Shown one piece after another: positions 11,208 to 20,329 of a stretch of DNA of 64,000 nucleotides. Position numbers and translations under genes: made by a program. Every line of letters starts with the position of its first letter. Position 1 is the first letter of the stretch. The notes under the pieces are model-generated. The model worked only from the letters and a program-made list of their open reading frames with translations, was not told where the DNA came from and searched no databases. The stretch spans positions 64,001-128,000 of the IMG/VR virus record IMGVR_UViG_3300031576_000004; one strand, 5' to 3'. This stretch comes from a virus.

Positions 11208-11981
11208 ATGAAAGCATTCAACATGTCGACGCCAGAGGTTTCTTACTTCTTTGGATTTGCCCAAGCAGACGGGCATCTAGAAGATGGCGCTGGGAACAAG
11301 GGTAGATTCAGGATAGAGATTTCAGCGGAAGACAAATGCATCCTTGAAGCGTTCGCAAAGATAATACCAGCATATACTTCTATCACTGAACGAACGAGAG
11401 ACACTAACTTCAAGAAGGCATCACGTTTAGCGGCATTGGCCGCATACGACCTTGCGTTTAGAGATAGACTGAAATCTCTTGGATTTCCGGCTGGCCGCAA
11501 ATCAAATATCGTCTCAATGCCGGCAGAAGCTATAGAGAAGGATTATCTTCGAGGCTTTGTTGATGCTGATGGCTCTGTTGGGCTAACGCGTGCAAGCATA
11601 CCATTCATAAGCCTATGCACAAGCAGCGAATACATTAAAGACAGCTTTCTGGCATATACCAACAAACTAACTGGCAGGATAAGGCGGCCAGGCAGAAACA
11701 AACGAGACAATATATACAATATTTGCGTGTTTCTGGAAGACGCTCAATTGCTCATCAAGGATCTCTACTACGAAGGGGCATTGGCGCTGCCTAGGAAGGC
11801 CGCTAGCGCACGATCGGCCCTTGCCTGGTCCAGAGAGCCAGGGACGACTCGCCGGTTCAAGATGGCCTGGATTCGGGCCGAAGACGCAACGGTATTAGCT
11901 AACAATAATGCAAAAGCAGCCGAGCTACTCAATAGAACAGTAAGAAGCGTAAAAATGAGGAGATGGAGATTAAATGCCTAA
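11208..11981 (+). CDS. double-motif LAGLIDADG homing endonuclease
   Basis: YFFGFAQADGHL and YLRGFVDADGSV motifs; HTH-like C-terminal tail. Confidence 0.85.
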   Translation: MKAFNMSTPEVSYFFGFAQADGHLEDGAGNKGRFRIEISAEDKCILEAFAKIIPAYTSITERTRDTNFKKASRLAALAAYDLAFRDRLKSLGFPAGRKSNIVSMPAEAIEKDYLRGFVDADGSVGLTRASIPFISLCTSSEYIKDSFLAYTNKLTGRIRRPGRNKRDNIYNICVFLEDAQLLIKDLYYEGALALPRKAASARSALAWSREPGTTRRFKMAWIRAEDATVLANNNAKAAELLNRTVRSVKMRRWRLNA

Positions 11982-12870
11982 GACACCAGTTAAAATTTCT
12001 TATGATTCTTATGACATTCCAATTGTATGGCTAACTTGGGGTCTTCGTTATAACGGCCTAACAGAGATTTGTTCTGTCAGTCTATCGCCAAATCACCGCG
12101 ACTACAGCAGAAATGTAATCGAACAGATGATCGAAAATGGCACAGGGAAACATCTGAACAACCCATTTATCCGGACATGGACTGAACAGCGACAAGCAGA
12201 ACATATCTTTGGAGCGTCTCAAAATGGCGAAATGGTAGCTCTTGCCGCGATGACACAACCTAGAAGAAAGAAGAAACATGCCAAAAAGCAAATGTCAGAA
12301 TTGCCATAAAACTTTCAAACACGACGACGATTTAAACCAAATCAAGGATCTTTATCAGCGAGTGGCTCCTGGTGAACCATTCCCAAGTGGGGAGTGCCCC
12401 AGCTGTGGATGTTTATGCCAACCAATAAGCGATCTTGAACATGAAAATAACGAGCTTGCTGAGGTTAATATCTTCGAGGCTCAACAAGCCAGAAAGCTCT
12501 TAACCCTTCTAGTAGACATCAACGACGATATAAAAGAAGTCGTTGGGGACAAAAAAGAAGATGATCCTCTTAGTGAAGAGACCCGAAAAGAGCTCGACGC
12601 GGCTATATTAGGGTATAAGAGTTAACGTAACCCGTTTAACTAGGAGATCCACATGGCAGAGATGCCGAAGCTTATTCGTAATAGGTTTGGAGAGTCTGCC
12701 ACCTGGGATGCCCGCCAGAAGCCGAACAAGTTCTTTGTCGCTGAGCTGGTATTCGACCTATCTGACGGCAAGGGAATTGAAGGCCTTATTCGTAGCGCAG
12801 AATTCCCATCTGAGGAAGCCGCTCTAAACTCGTTGGAAAAGCACCTCAGAGATATTCTGGGAGAGAAGTA

Positions 12871-13358
12871 ATGAAACAACACGTTAAAGTCTATTGCAGA
12901 TCATGTAGAGGAACCGGACTATATCGCGGATTCGGAGAAAAAGAAGGGGCCGCCGTTTATGCACAACCTGCAAAGGAACTGGTTGCGATGAAATATCATA
13001 TACTGTCTTTGAAAAGAGGCGTAAGAAAGTCGGAGTTAAACGTGTCTTTAGAGCCTGTGGTTACGGATCCACACCAGTCGATCATACTGATCCTGAGACC
13101 GGCATTACCTACGAGTTCTCAAAGGCTGGCTGCTCATATAAAGAGTTCACTCAAGGCGTGCAGCCGCGACCTGTCCGTAATCAATACTGCCCTTACGTCT
13201 GGGAAAATCAACACCTACAGACAACGGATGTAAATAATCTTTATCACGATAGGTGCAGCAAGGGCATGACAGGATGCGGCTTAATTTCAGCATGCACCAA
13301 GTGGCCAGACAAAGCCAAATGCTGGGAGATCTATGAAGGCAAATCAAAGCATGCCTAA
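12871..13358 (+). pseudogene. frameshifted CxxCxGxG zinc-finger protein gene
   Basis: CRSCRGTG in the start frame; CTTCKGTGC in the -1 frame from ~12960, open to 13358. Confidence 0.6.
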
Positions 13359-13600
13359 GTGGAATAAAAAGATCGACTGCTCTGGAGTCCCTCGCGTATG
13401 GGAACGCAAGGAGCGCATGAGGCGCAGAGTTCATTATCCTCCTACGCTTTATGTTAAATGCGGGGACTGTGACGAGCATTTCGAGATCAGCTGCGTAGAC
13501 TCAAAGATAGACATGATCGACGTCAACGGCGTATTAATGAACGCCGACGAGTTCTGGAAGATCATTAAGTGGGTTAAGAAAACGAAAACTAGGAGATAAA

Positions 13601-14074
13601 ATGGACACAGAGACATATACGCAAGGTCTTTACGACTTTGCCATCGAGAGCAATAAGATCGAGGGCATCAAGCTCACCTATCGCCATAAGAACCATTCAG
13701 AAGCGCTGGAGAAGTTCCTCGCGAAGGCTGAGCTTGACATCTCTGCTCTAGAAGAGTTCGTGCACGCCGTCCAGCCTCGAGGTGGCCGGTTCCGCGTTAC
13801 CGAGACGGACATGGTCCAGGTTGGCACCCACATTGCTCCTGCACCAGCCGTAATGAAGCCGATGCTTGAGGAGCTTCTAAAGGAGATCAACACGGGCTCA
13901 GTTGACGAGTGGAACGCCCATGCCCGCTATGAGGTCCTGCATCCATTTATGGATGGCAACGGCCGCAGCGGAAGGGCAATCTGGTTGTGGATGGCAATGA
14001 AGAAGGGCTGGGAGTTCAAGCTTTCATTCCTGCAGATGTATTACTACCAGACTCTCAGCAATTACAGGAAGTAA
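13601..14074 (+). CDS. Fic-domain protein (putative AMP transferase)
   Basis: Canonical HPFMDGNGRSGR motif; N-terminal ESNKIEG. Confidence 0.9.
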   Translation: MDTETYTQGLYDFAIESNKIEGIKLTYRHKNHSEALEKFLAKAELDISALEEFVHAVQPRGGRFRVTETDMVQVGTHIAPAPAVMKPMLEELLKEINTGSVDEWNAHARYEVLHPFMDGNGRSGRAIWLWMAMKKGWEFKLSFLQMYYYQTLSNYRK

Positions 14075-15040
14075 TTATGAAGTACGTTGTGTACACAGTC
14101 TTATGGGCTGCGAGTTGCGCTATTGTCGGTGCAACCCTGTGGGGATTGTCTTTTATCGTCGCATACGGAGCCCATAGTGGCTGGCTTGCTGCGAGATAAA
14201 CTAAAAGATATTAAACAATGGGTTAAAGACCCTTTAAAGTGCAAGTTTGGAAAGCATGTAGTCACAGGAGCAGAGGCCGGCGTCAATATGGACGCCAAGC
14301 ACTCAATTGATCTCTACTGTGACAAGTGCTTAGTCTTTATTCGTACCGTCAAGATGGACGATATGGATAAAGAGCAATTAGAAATCAGAACAAAGCTTCT
14401 GACTTTCGCCGAAGACCTTAGACAGCATCTCAACCAATAAATCGTTCAAACTTGGCCTGAAGCCAAGGGACGGGAGAACCACGCGTGATGGAAGTCGTTG
14501 TATTCACTAACAAGGCAAATAAGACCTGTGCCATTGTCCTCTTGGATAGCAATAACGGGAAGATCATCAAGGATGTTAGAAAGAGGCTTTGGCCAAAGAT
14601 CGCCAAGGTTATGCCCTATCATTCCAAGACAGAGCCTATTATCATCGCCACCTGCACCGAGGGCGTTGCTCGCCTTAACGTGGACAGGGTCATCAAGGAA
14701 TACCTTAAGAACAGGCGAGAGCTCATCTTCAGGAAGGTTGATATGTCCGAATTGAAGAGAAGGCCTGACCACGTCATTGCGAGGTCTTAATGATTAAAAA
14801 CAAACTAAAGTTCACAGAGGCCACCTGTGACGCCTGTAAGTCTGACCTCTTGAAGAAGTTTGGCCCTACAGGCGAGATGTATCCTCAGTATGGACAGCTC
14901 TCTTCGCACTTTGGATATGAGCATCGCTTTGATAGCATCGATACCCGCAGGATCGAGATCTGTGATCTCTGCTGGGAGAAAGCTCTTAAAGCGATCGGTC
15001 TCGACCCAATGGATTACACCGGATGAAAGGAGATGAATTC

Positions 15041-15444
15041 GTGTGGAATTACAGGATCCTGAAGCGCATTAATAAGGTCGACAAGAAGCCTTATTACGCC
15101 ATGATTACGCCATGCACGAAGTCTATTACTCCAAGGACACTAAGACCGGAAAGGCCATCGCTAATGGCTGGACCCAGGATCCTGTAAGCGCCTACGGCGA
15201 TACTCCTAAAGAGGTCGTCGAGGCGCTCACCATGATGCTGAAGGATGCCGTTAAGGCCCCCGTCTTCGATGAGGCAAAGCAGGAAGCGTTTAATAAAAAG
15301 CGCAAGAAGCTTGGCTTCAAGACTGAGATGCAGCTGGCCGAAGAGGAAGCCAAGAAAGAAATGCGCGAAGGAAAGTGTCTCCCGATGGACACTCTCTGGG
15401 ACGATATCATTAAAGAGGGCAAAAAGAAGGAGAAAAAGAAGTGA
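15041..15444 (+). pseudogene. gene frameshifted by an 11-bp tandem duplication
   Basis: GTG 15041 MWNYRILKR...YYAM joins HEVYY... if one ATTACGCCATG copy (15093-15114) is removed. Confidence 0.6.
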
Positions 15445-15881
15445 TTCACTATGACGCCTTGCGCCTCGACTGGCTGGCCAAACAGGAAGGATCTGCTCTT
15501 GTCAGTGACGATAATGGCCATTGGGCTGTTGCAACCACTGGCACACAAAATGTCCCAATGGGGAAGGATCCAGTTGATATCAACACCACCTTCTGGATCA
15601 AGAAACAGGAGTGGCATAATTCCATTCGTGAGGCGCTTGATGCAGCAATGAAGGAGGACGCCGATGCCACATAAGACTGATGCCCAGATCAATGAGGCCT
15701 GCAAGCACCTACATCACGCTGCTACTACTGAGATAGATGTATGCGATGATCTTATCGCCGCCATTGGAGATGCTGTCCTAAGCCCAGAAGACAGAGTCAT
15801 CCTATGGCGGAAGGCAAAGGTCATTAGGGCTAATGTAGCAAGGCTCACGAATGAGATAGACTTCGATGAACCTGAGCTGAC

Positions 15882-17324
15882 GTGAATAAGAAGACGATCC
15901 GTGGCAAGGACTACGAAATCACTATGTCTCCGATGTCTCCAGAAGACATAAAGAAATTAACCGAAAAGACAGATCTCGTAGGCATAGAAGGATTAACAAT
16001 GGATGTTTCATTTGAATGGAGCGAAACAGGAGACAAAATGCAAGGATCGTCAATTGGAGCGATGGAAGCTGTAGAGGTAGCTCGTCCTAGCAACGAGCCT
16101 CCGATGCAGGCAACAAAGGCCGAGAGAAATCGGCCAATGATTAGGAACAAGCTCGATAAATCAAAGATGGTTACACATCCACTTGGCATCCCAGGTGGAT
16201 TTAGCTCTCAGTTCCACTTCAAGCCTCAATCCATGATTGAGTACACCATCGCCATTAAGGGCGCTGCGGATCTCTTCCAGCAAATGGACTATGTCAACGC
16301 TGGACCGAGAAACTACCTGCAAGTGGGACTAATGGAACACCAGGAATGCTTGGCAAATGGAGCAGCCGTTAAGAACATAGATGGGCATCTTACATCAGTT
16401 GTTCTTTCTACGAATCCCGACAACGGTATCTTCTCCGCTTCATTCCATAGTTACAACGAAGATGCCATGCAGAAGATGGCCAGCGAGTTTCATCGCGTTT
16501 GCAGCGAGGGAAACTTTTACCGTGGGAAGCATCTTAAGGCTATGGACTTTGATTGCCCACAGCCTCTGGTATTCCTATCTCCTCCAGCAAATCCTCTAAT
16601 CTACGGATTCAAGGAAGAGCAGGATGCAATTAATATGCATGCTGTTCGGTATTTCGAATGTGAAGAGATCCATAAGATCGCCCCTCAGAGAGGAGTTCTT
16701 CTCTATGGGCGTCCAGGCTCTGGAAAGAGTCTATTGGTCTCAAAGACGAAGTACGAATGCCTACAGAAAGGCATTACAGTGGTTGAGGCAAGCATCGAGG
16801 GTATGCGAGAGATCGGTAAGTGGTTCGCTCTTATCGAAGCATGGCTTGCCCCTGCCCTAGTTGTCCTTGAGGACGTGGATCTTATTGGTGGAGACAGGGA
16901 TATTCCTGAACTGCCCCACCAGCTTACTACAGATCTTCTGTCCAGCCTTGGCGGCAACACCAGGCGCATTAATCCCATCGTGACCATTGCCACGACCAAC
17001 CGCTTGGACTCTCTCGATAACGCATTCCTTCGGGCTCGGCGAATGGACAAGGTTATGGAGATCAATGGTCTCCAGCCTGATTTTAAAGCCGAGTTGTTCC
17101 GCCGGCATGGGATGAAGGTGACAGAACAGGCTCTTCAAGCCGCGGTTACTCAGCTCGGACCAGACACTACTGGAGCCGACGTTGAAGAGATTTCTGTCAG
17201 CACTCTGACCTATAGCCATTTCGGAATGCCACATGAAGAGGCCTTCACCAAGAGCCTGGGAGAATGGGCTAAGGGCCATTCCGCTAAAGCAAATCTTGGC
17301 TTTAACAAGAAGCAGCAAGACTAA
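15882..17324 (+). CDS. AAA+ ATPase (FtsH/Cdc48-like domain)
   Basis: Walker A GRPGSGKS, Walker B VVLEDVD, TTNRLDSLDNAFLRARRMD second region of homology. Confidence 0.9.
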   Translation: MNKKTIRGKDYEITMSPMSPEDIKKLTEKTDLVGIEGLTMDVSFEWSETGDKMQGSSIGAMEAVEVARPSNEPPMQATKAERNRPMIRNKLDKSKMVTHPLGIPGGFSSQFHFKPQSMIEYTIAIKGAADLFQQMDYVNAGPRNYLQVGLMEHQECLANGAAVKNIDGHLTSVVLSTNPDNGIFSASFHSYNEDAMQKMASEFHRVCSEGNFYRGKHLKAMDFDCPQPLVFLSPPANPLIYGFKEEQDAINMHAVRYFECEEIHKIAPQRGVLLYGRPGSGKSLLVSKTKYECLQKGITVVEASIEGMREIGKWFALIEAWLAPALVVLEDVDLIGGDRDIPELPHQLTTDLLSSLGGNTRRINPIVTIATTNRLDSLDNAFLRARRMDKVMEINGLQPDFKAELFRRHGMKVTEQALQAAVTQLGPDTTGADVEEISVSTLTYSHFGMPHEEAFTKSLGEWAKGHSAKANLGFNKKQQD

Positions 17325-17329
17325 CCTAT

Positions 17330-17518
17330 CCGTGTGGCTGCGAGGAAGGACTCGCAACAGTTAATAGAACAGAAAGGCACGGCTATCTGGTGGTTCCAGA
17401 TAGTTGTAATGGTCAATCTCCTATTGGTTGGAATGTGTCGCCAGCGGGCGGCCTCCGCAAATAGCCTCACCAGCCCTGAAAGCGGAAAGCCGGTGTCAAG
17501 TCCGGTCCACACGGGCCA
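17330..17518 (+). ncRNA. tRNA-like structured RNA B
   Basis: CCGTGTGG/CCACACGG stem plus GCCA end; TGCGAG/CTCGCA hairpin; T-arm-like GCCGG-TGTCAAGT-CCGGT; long central insert. Confidence 0.6.
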
Positions 17519-17575
17519 TAGCTACTCAACATATTTATAACTATATTTATAGGAGGATTCGCAGCGGAGACTTAA

Positions 17576-18325
17576 ATGAAACTTACGAGTAAGGATCTTG
17601 AAGAAGTTTATGAGGGCGAGACTCGGTTTGTTAAGGCAAAGGCGATGTTCGTTACCCCTCTGGTTGGCGGCGTTCCTGCCAGCCGTGAGGGTGTAGAGAA
17701 CTATGTCGAGTTCGCCATGAATCTTGTCCGTGACTCCCAGGAGTTCAAGGACAAGGTAGCCGAGATCTTGAAGGAAGAGATCGGCGAGAGAGAGATCAAG
17801 CCAGATGAGGGCGAGAAGGATGAGGTTGCGTCCTATGGCGTTAACTGCATCCGCAAGGATAAGTTCGGCCATTTCCTGATGGACTTCCAGATCAAGGCCA
17901 ACCTGAAGTGCGCTGCATCAAGGATCGGGCTATTCGTGGCCGATAAGGCCGCCGGCCGTAAGGCTGGAGCCAAGGGAGATATGGCTGAGCTCGGACGAGT
18001 TCACGCTATCGGTGCCTCATTGAGGGATGTTGAAAACAAGAGGAAGATCTATCTTCTTCAGAATGGCGGAACCCCAGTAAAGACTGTCTATGAGAAGTTC
18101 ATGGGCAAGGTGAGCAACGCCTCTGGCTCTCACTCCATCGTCCATGACTCTGAGGTCGCCCCTGCTGGAACCTGGTTCGAATTCGAGTTCAGGGCTCCGG
18201 ACAAGCGCCTCAAGGCTGAGGACTTCAAGCGCATCTTCGCGCACTCTGGTATTATCGGCTTCGGTTCCGCTCGTTCTCTGGAGCGCGGCAAGGTCGAGTA
18301 TCAGGAAGTTGAGATCGAGGATTAG
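17576..18325 (+). CDS. stand-alone RAMP/Cas7-group-like protein
   Basis: FVTPLVGG, FQIKANLK, SEVAPAGTWFEFEF and C-terminal Gly-rich loop GFGSARSLERGKV follow the Cas7/Csm3-type motif order. Confidence 0.7.
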   Translation: MKLTSKDLEEVYEGETRFVKAKAMFVTPLVGGVPASREGVENYVEFAMNLVRDSQEFKDKVAEILKEEIGEREIKPDEGEKDEVASYGVNCIRKDKFGHFLMDFQIKANLKCAASRIGLFVADKAAGRKAGAKGDMAELGRVHAIGASLRDVENKRKIYLLQNGGTPVKTVYEKFMGKVSNASGSHSIVHDSEVAPAGTWFEFEFRAPDKRLKAEDFKRIFAHSGIIGFGSARSLERGKVEYQEVEIED

Positions 18326-18334
18326 TTAGTAATT

Positions 18335-18477
18335 GGTTGGCGGCGGCGTGGAGAGCAGACACGCTTAAACAATACTGCGGATCCTACCCAATCACTGGAA
18401 CAGGTAGATTGAAGCCTATTGTTTTGCTGGACCCAGTGAATTCCAGATAGCCAGAGTAGCGCCTGGCCCGCCAACCA
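18335..18477 (+). ncRNA. tRNA-like structured RNA C
   Basis: GGTTGGCGG/CCGCCAACC(A) stem; GCGTG/CACGC hairpin; GCCAG-AGTAGCGC-CTGGC arm. Confidence 0.55.
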
Positions 18478-18497
18478 ATCTTTTTTGAAATTAGTTG

Positions 18498-18526
18498 TTG
18501 ACACCTATCCCATAGAATGCTAAAGT
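18498..18526 (+). promoter_or_regulatory. sigma70-type promoter of the tRNA operon
   Basis: TTGACA-17 bp-TAAAGT with TG extended -10. Confidence 0.75.
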
Positions 18527-18543
18527 TCGCCCCGAGGAGATCC

Positions 18544-18669
18544 ATGCTTTCATATAGGAAACCCTTTATTCAATTGTCGTGCGTGTGGGGAGAAAGCCTC
18601 CCACTACGCCCGATAACGCTCCATTCCGCCGGTCAGGCGGATAATACAAAGGAGCGGAGACTGGGATAA
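18544..18669 (+). CDS. leader peptide of the tRNA array (41 aa)
   Basis: SD GAGGAG 18534-18539; MLSYRKPFIQLSCVWGESLPLRPITLHSAGQADNTKERRLG*; 39 distinct codons, all 20 amino acids. Confidence 0.8.
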   Translation: MLSYRKPFIQLSCVWGESLPLRPITLHSAGQADNTKERRLG

Positions 18670-18736
18670 CGGGTTCCGAACTAGAGATAAAAGGAACCCG
18701 AAATCCCTGAAAAGGAATTTCGGGTTTTTTGTTTTT
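18670..18736 (+). terminator. attenuator: antiterminator versus intrinsic terminator
   Basis: CGGGTTCC(18670-77)/GGAACCCG(18693-700) competes with AACCCGAAAT(18695-704)/ATTTCGGGTT(18717-26) plus T-tract. Confidence 0.8.
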
Positions 18737-18774
18737 ACCTAGGACGACGAAAGGACGGTGCGGAAGAAATAACT

Positions 18775-18849
18775 GGGTCCTAAGCATTAACAGTGATGCA
18801 GTTGGCTCTTAACCAACAGAAGAGGGTGCGATTCCCTCAGGACCCACCA
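18775..18849 (+). tRNA. tRNA-Lys(CUU)
   Basis: cloverleaf, GTTGG-ctCTTaa-CCAAC, CCA. Confidence 0.9.
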
Positions 18850-18851
18850 AT

Positions 18852-18926
18852 GGGCTGTAAGCTTTAAAAGTGAAGCAGTTGGCCTTTAACCAACAGAACT
18901 CGGAGCGTTACCGAGGCGGCCCACCA
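18852..18926 (+). tRNA. tRNA-Lys(UUU)
   Basis: GTTGG-ccTTTaa-CCAAC, CCA. Confidence 0.85.
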
Positions 18927-18941
18927 ACTAATGATTTAAAC

Positions 18942-19017
18942 GGTGCTATGGTGTAGCGGCTCTGCATGCCTGGTTGTCAACCAGTAGGTCCGAGTTCGAC
19001 TCTCGGTAGTACCGCCA
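18942..19017 (+). tRNA. tRNA-Asp(GUC)
   Basis: anticodon loop ttGTCaa, TTCGA T-loop, CCA. Confidence 0.9.
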
Positions 19018-19032
19018 GATTAGATCGGTTCG

Positions 19033-19046
19033 GTTCTTTGAAAACT
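19033..19046 (+). promoter_or_regulatory. rrn-type boxA-like antitermination site
   Basis: GTTCTTTGAAAACT near the start of the tRNA operon. Confidence 0.55.
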
Positions 19047-19109
19047 TTGCGTGCGGGAACACCTGACTGAAGGAACTTCAGTAGGCCCGCATGATGTTGT
19101 GTGGTAAAT

Positions 19110-19185
19110 GCGCGCTTAACTCAGCGGCTAGAGTGCCTCTTTTACACGGAGGAAGTCAGGGGTTCGAGTCCCTTAGCGCGTACCA
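19110..19185 (+). tRNA. tRNA-Val(UAC)
   Basis: ttTACac loop, CCA. Confidence 0.9.
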
Positions 19186-19187
19186 GT

Positions 19188-19262
19188 TGCCCTGTCGTCT
19201 AATTGGCAAGACGCGAGACTTTGGATCTCGCTATTCAGGTTCGAACCCTGGCGGGGCAACCA
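19188..19262 (+). tRNA. tRNA-Gln(UUG)
   Basis: ctTTGga loop, CCA. Confidence 0.9.
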
Positions 19263-19272
19263 ATTTAAATAT

Positions 19273-19347
19273 CGGGCTCTAGGCTCGGAGTGAGCCGCTT
19301 GTTTCGGGAACAAGAGGCGGCGTGTGCAACTCACGCGAGCCCGACCA
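19273..19347 (+). tRNA. tRNA-Pro(CGG)
   Basis: ttCGGga loop, CCA. Confidence 0.85.
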
Positions 19348-19348
19348 T

Positions 19349-19423
19349 TCAGGAGTAGTTCAATTGGTAGAACGACAGACTCTGGATCTGTAGATCTTGG
19401 TTCGATTCCAGGCTCCTGAACCA
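19349..19423 (+). tRNA. tRNA-Gln(CUG)
   Basis: ctCTGga loop, CCA. Confidence 0.9.
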
Positions 19424-19442
19424 ATAGTAAACGATAAAATAT

Positions 19443-19517
19443 GGACCTGTAGCTCAAGGGTCAGAGCACGTGCCTTATAAGCACTAGACGGTGGTTCGAC
19501 TCCACCCAGGTCTACCA
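19443..19517 (+). tRNA. tRNA-Ile(UAU)
   Basis: ctTATaa loop, A73, CCA. Confidence 0.85.
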
Positions 19518-19518
19518 T

Positions 19519-19592
19519 GCGGGTTTAGCTCAAAAGAAGAGTGTTAGCGTGACATGCTAAAGACAGAGGAGCGTTACCTCTAACCCGCACCA
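19519..19592 (+). tRNA. tRNA-Val(GAC)
   Basis: gtGACat loop, CCA. Confidence 0.85.
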
Positions 19593-19593
19593 T

Positions 19594-19668
19594 CCACCCT
19601 TAACATAGAAGTCTATGTGCCTGTCTGATACGCAGGAAATCGTGGAGCGTTACCACGAGGGTGGACCA
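19594..19668 (+). tRNA. tRNA-Ile(GAU)
   Basis: ctGATac loop, CCA. Confidence 0.85.
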
Positions 19669-19687
19669 ATATAACAGGAGTTTATTC

Positions 19688-20056
19688 ATGCCATACAAAG
19701 ACCCAGCCATTCAGAGAGCATTCCAAAACAAATTCTTAAAAGAAAGACGGGATCTATGGCTAGCATCTAATGGCCCATGCTCCTGCGGATCTCGAATAGA
19801 TCTTCAAGTCGACCATGTGGATCCAAGCAAAAAGGTGGATCATAAAGTTTGGTCATGGTCAGAAAAAAGAAGAGCCGAAGAGTTGTCTAAATGCCAAGTT
19901 CTTTGCAAGAAGTGTCATAGAAAAAAGACGAACAAAGACAACAATTATGGACAAATCCACGGCACATATAATTCGTATAAACGATATTGTTGCCGGTGCG
20001 CTCCATGCAAAAAAGCTTCGGCAGAAGATAGAAGAAGGTGGAAGCGAAATAGATAA
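19688..20056 (+). CDS. HNH endonuclease inside the tRNA array
   Basis: SD AGGAG; CSCG...VDHVDP...CQVLCKKCH. Confidence 0.8.
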   Translation: MPYKDPAIQRAFQNKFLKERRDLWLASNGPCSCGSRIDLQVDHVDPSKKVDHKVWSWSEKRRAEELSKCQVLCKKCHRKKTNKDNNYGQIHGTYNSYKRYCCRCAPCKKASAEDRRRWKRNR

Positions 20057-20059
20057 CTT

Positions 20060-20134
20060 CGGGGTGTAGCTCAGAGGAAGAGCGCCTGGTTTGGGACCAG
20101 GAGGCCGAGATATCATAATTCTCCACCCCGACCA
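20060..20134 (+). tRNA. tRNA-Pro(UGG)
   Basis: ttTGGga loop, CCA. Confidence 0.85.
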
Positions 20135-20136
20135 AT

Positions 20137-20212
20137 GGTGGCTATAGCTCAAGTAGTAGAGCACGGGTCTGTGGAACCTGTTATGCGAGTGCAAGTCTCG
20201 CTAGTCACCCCA
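20137..20212 (+). tRNA. tRNA-His(GUG)
   Basis: ctGTGga loop, G-1/C73, CCA. Confidence 0.9.
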
Positions 20213-20221
20213 ACACAAAGT

Positions 20222-20328
20222 GCGCCGACCGATCGGATGGACGATCAGTGGGGATATCCCTTACCCATGAATACGCCCGAAAGGGGAATAGTGGGATAGC
20301 CAGAATCAATCCTGGCGCGGCGTTACCA
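20222..20328 (+). ncRNA. tRNA-like structured RNA D
   Basis: GCGCCG/CGGCGT stem, GATCG/CGATC hairpin, GCCAG-AATCAATC-CTGGC arm, ACCA end; no standard anticodon arm. Confidence 0.5.
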
Positions 20329-20329
20329 A

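Larger units (their letters stand above)
146..17324 (+). other. Cluster of small, tightly packed co-oriented phage ORFs (probable early/host-takeover region)
   Basis: Dozens of 40-270 aa ORFs on + strand with overlapping start/stop codons and AGGAG-type SD sites; most have no recognisable motif. Confidence 0.85.

Noticed and set aside
3007-11981. LAGLIDADG ORFs as intein or intron components
   Set aside because: No intein terminal motifs or split host gene evident; they appear free-standing.
17325-18480. CRISPR array or short-period guide repeat next to the Cas7-like gene
   Set aside because: No regularly spaced direct repeats; scattered GGY triplets do not form a sustained period.
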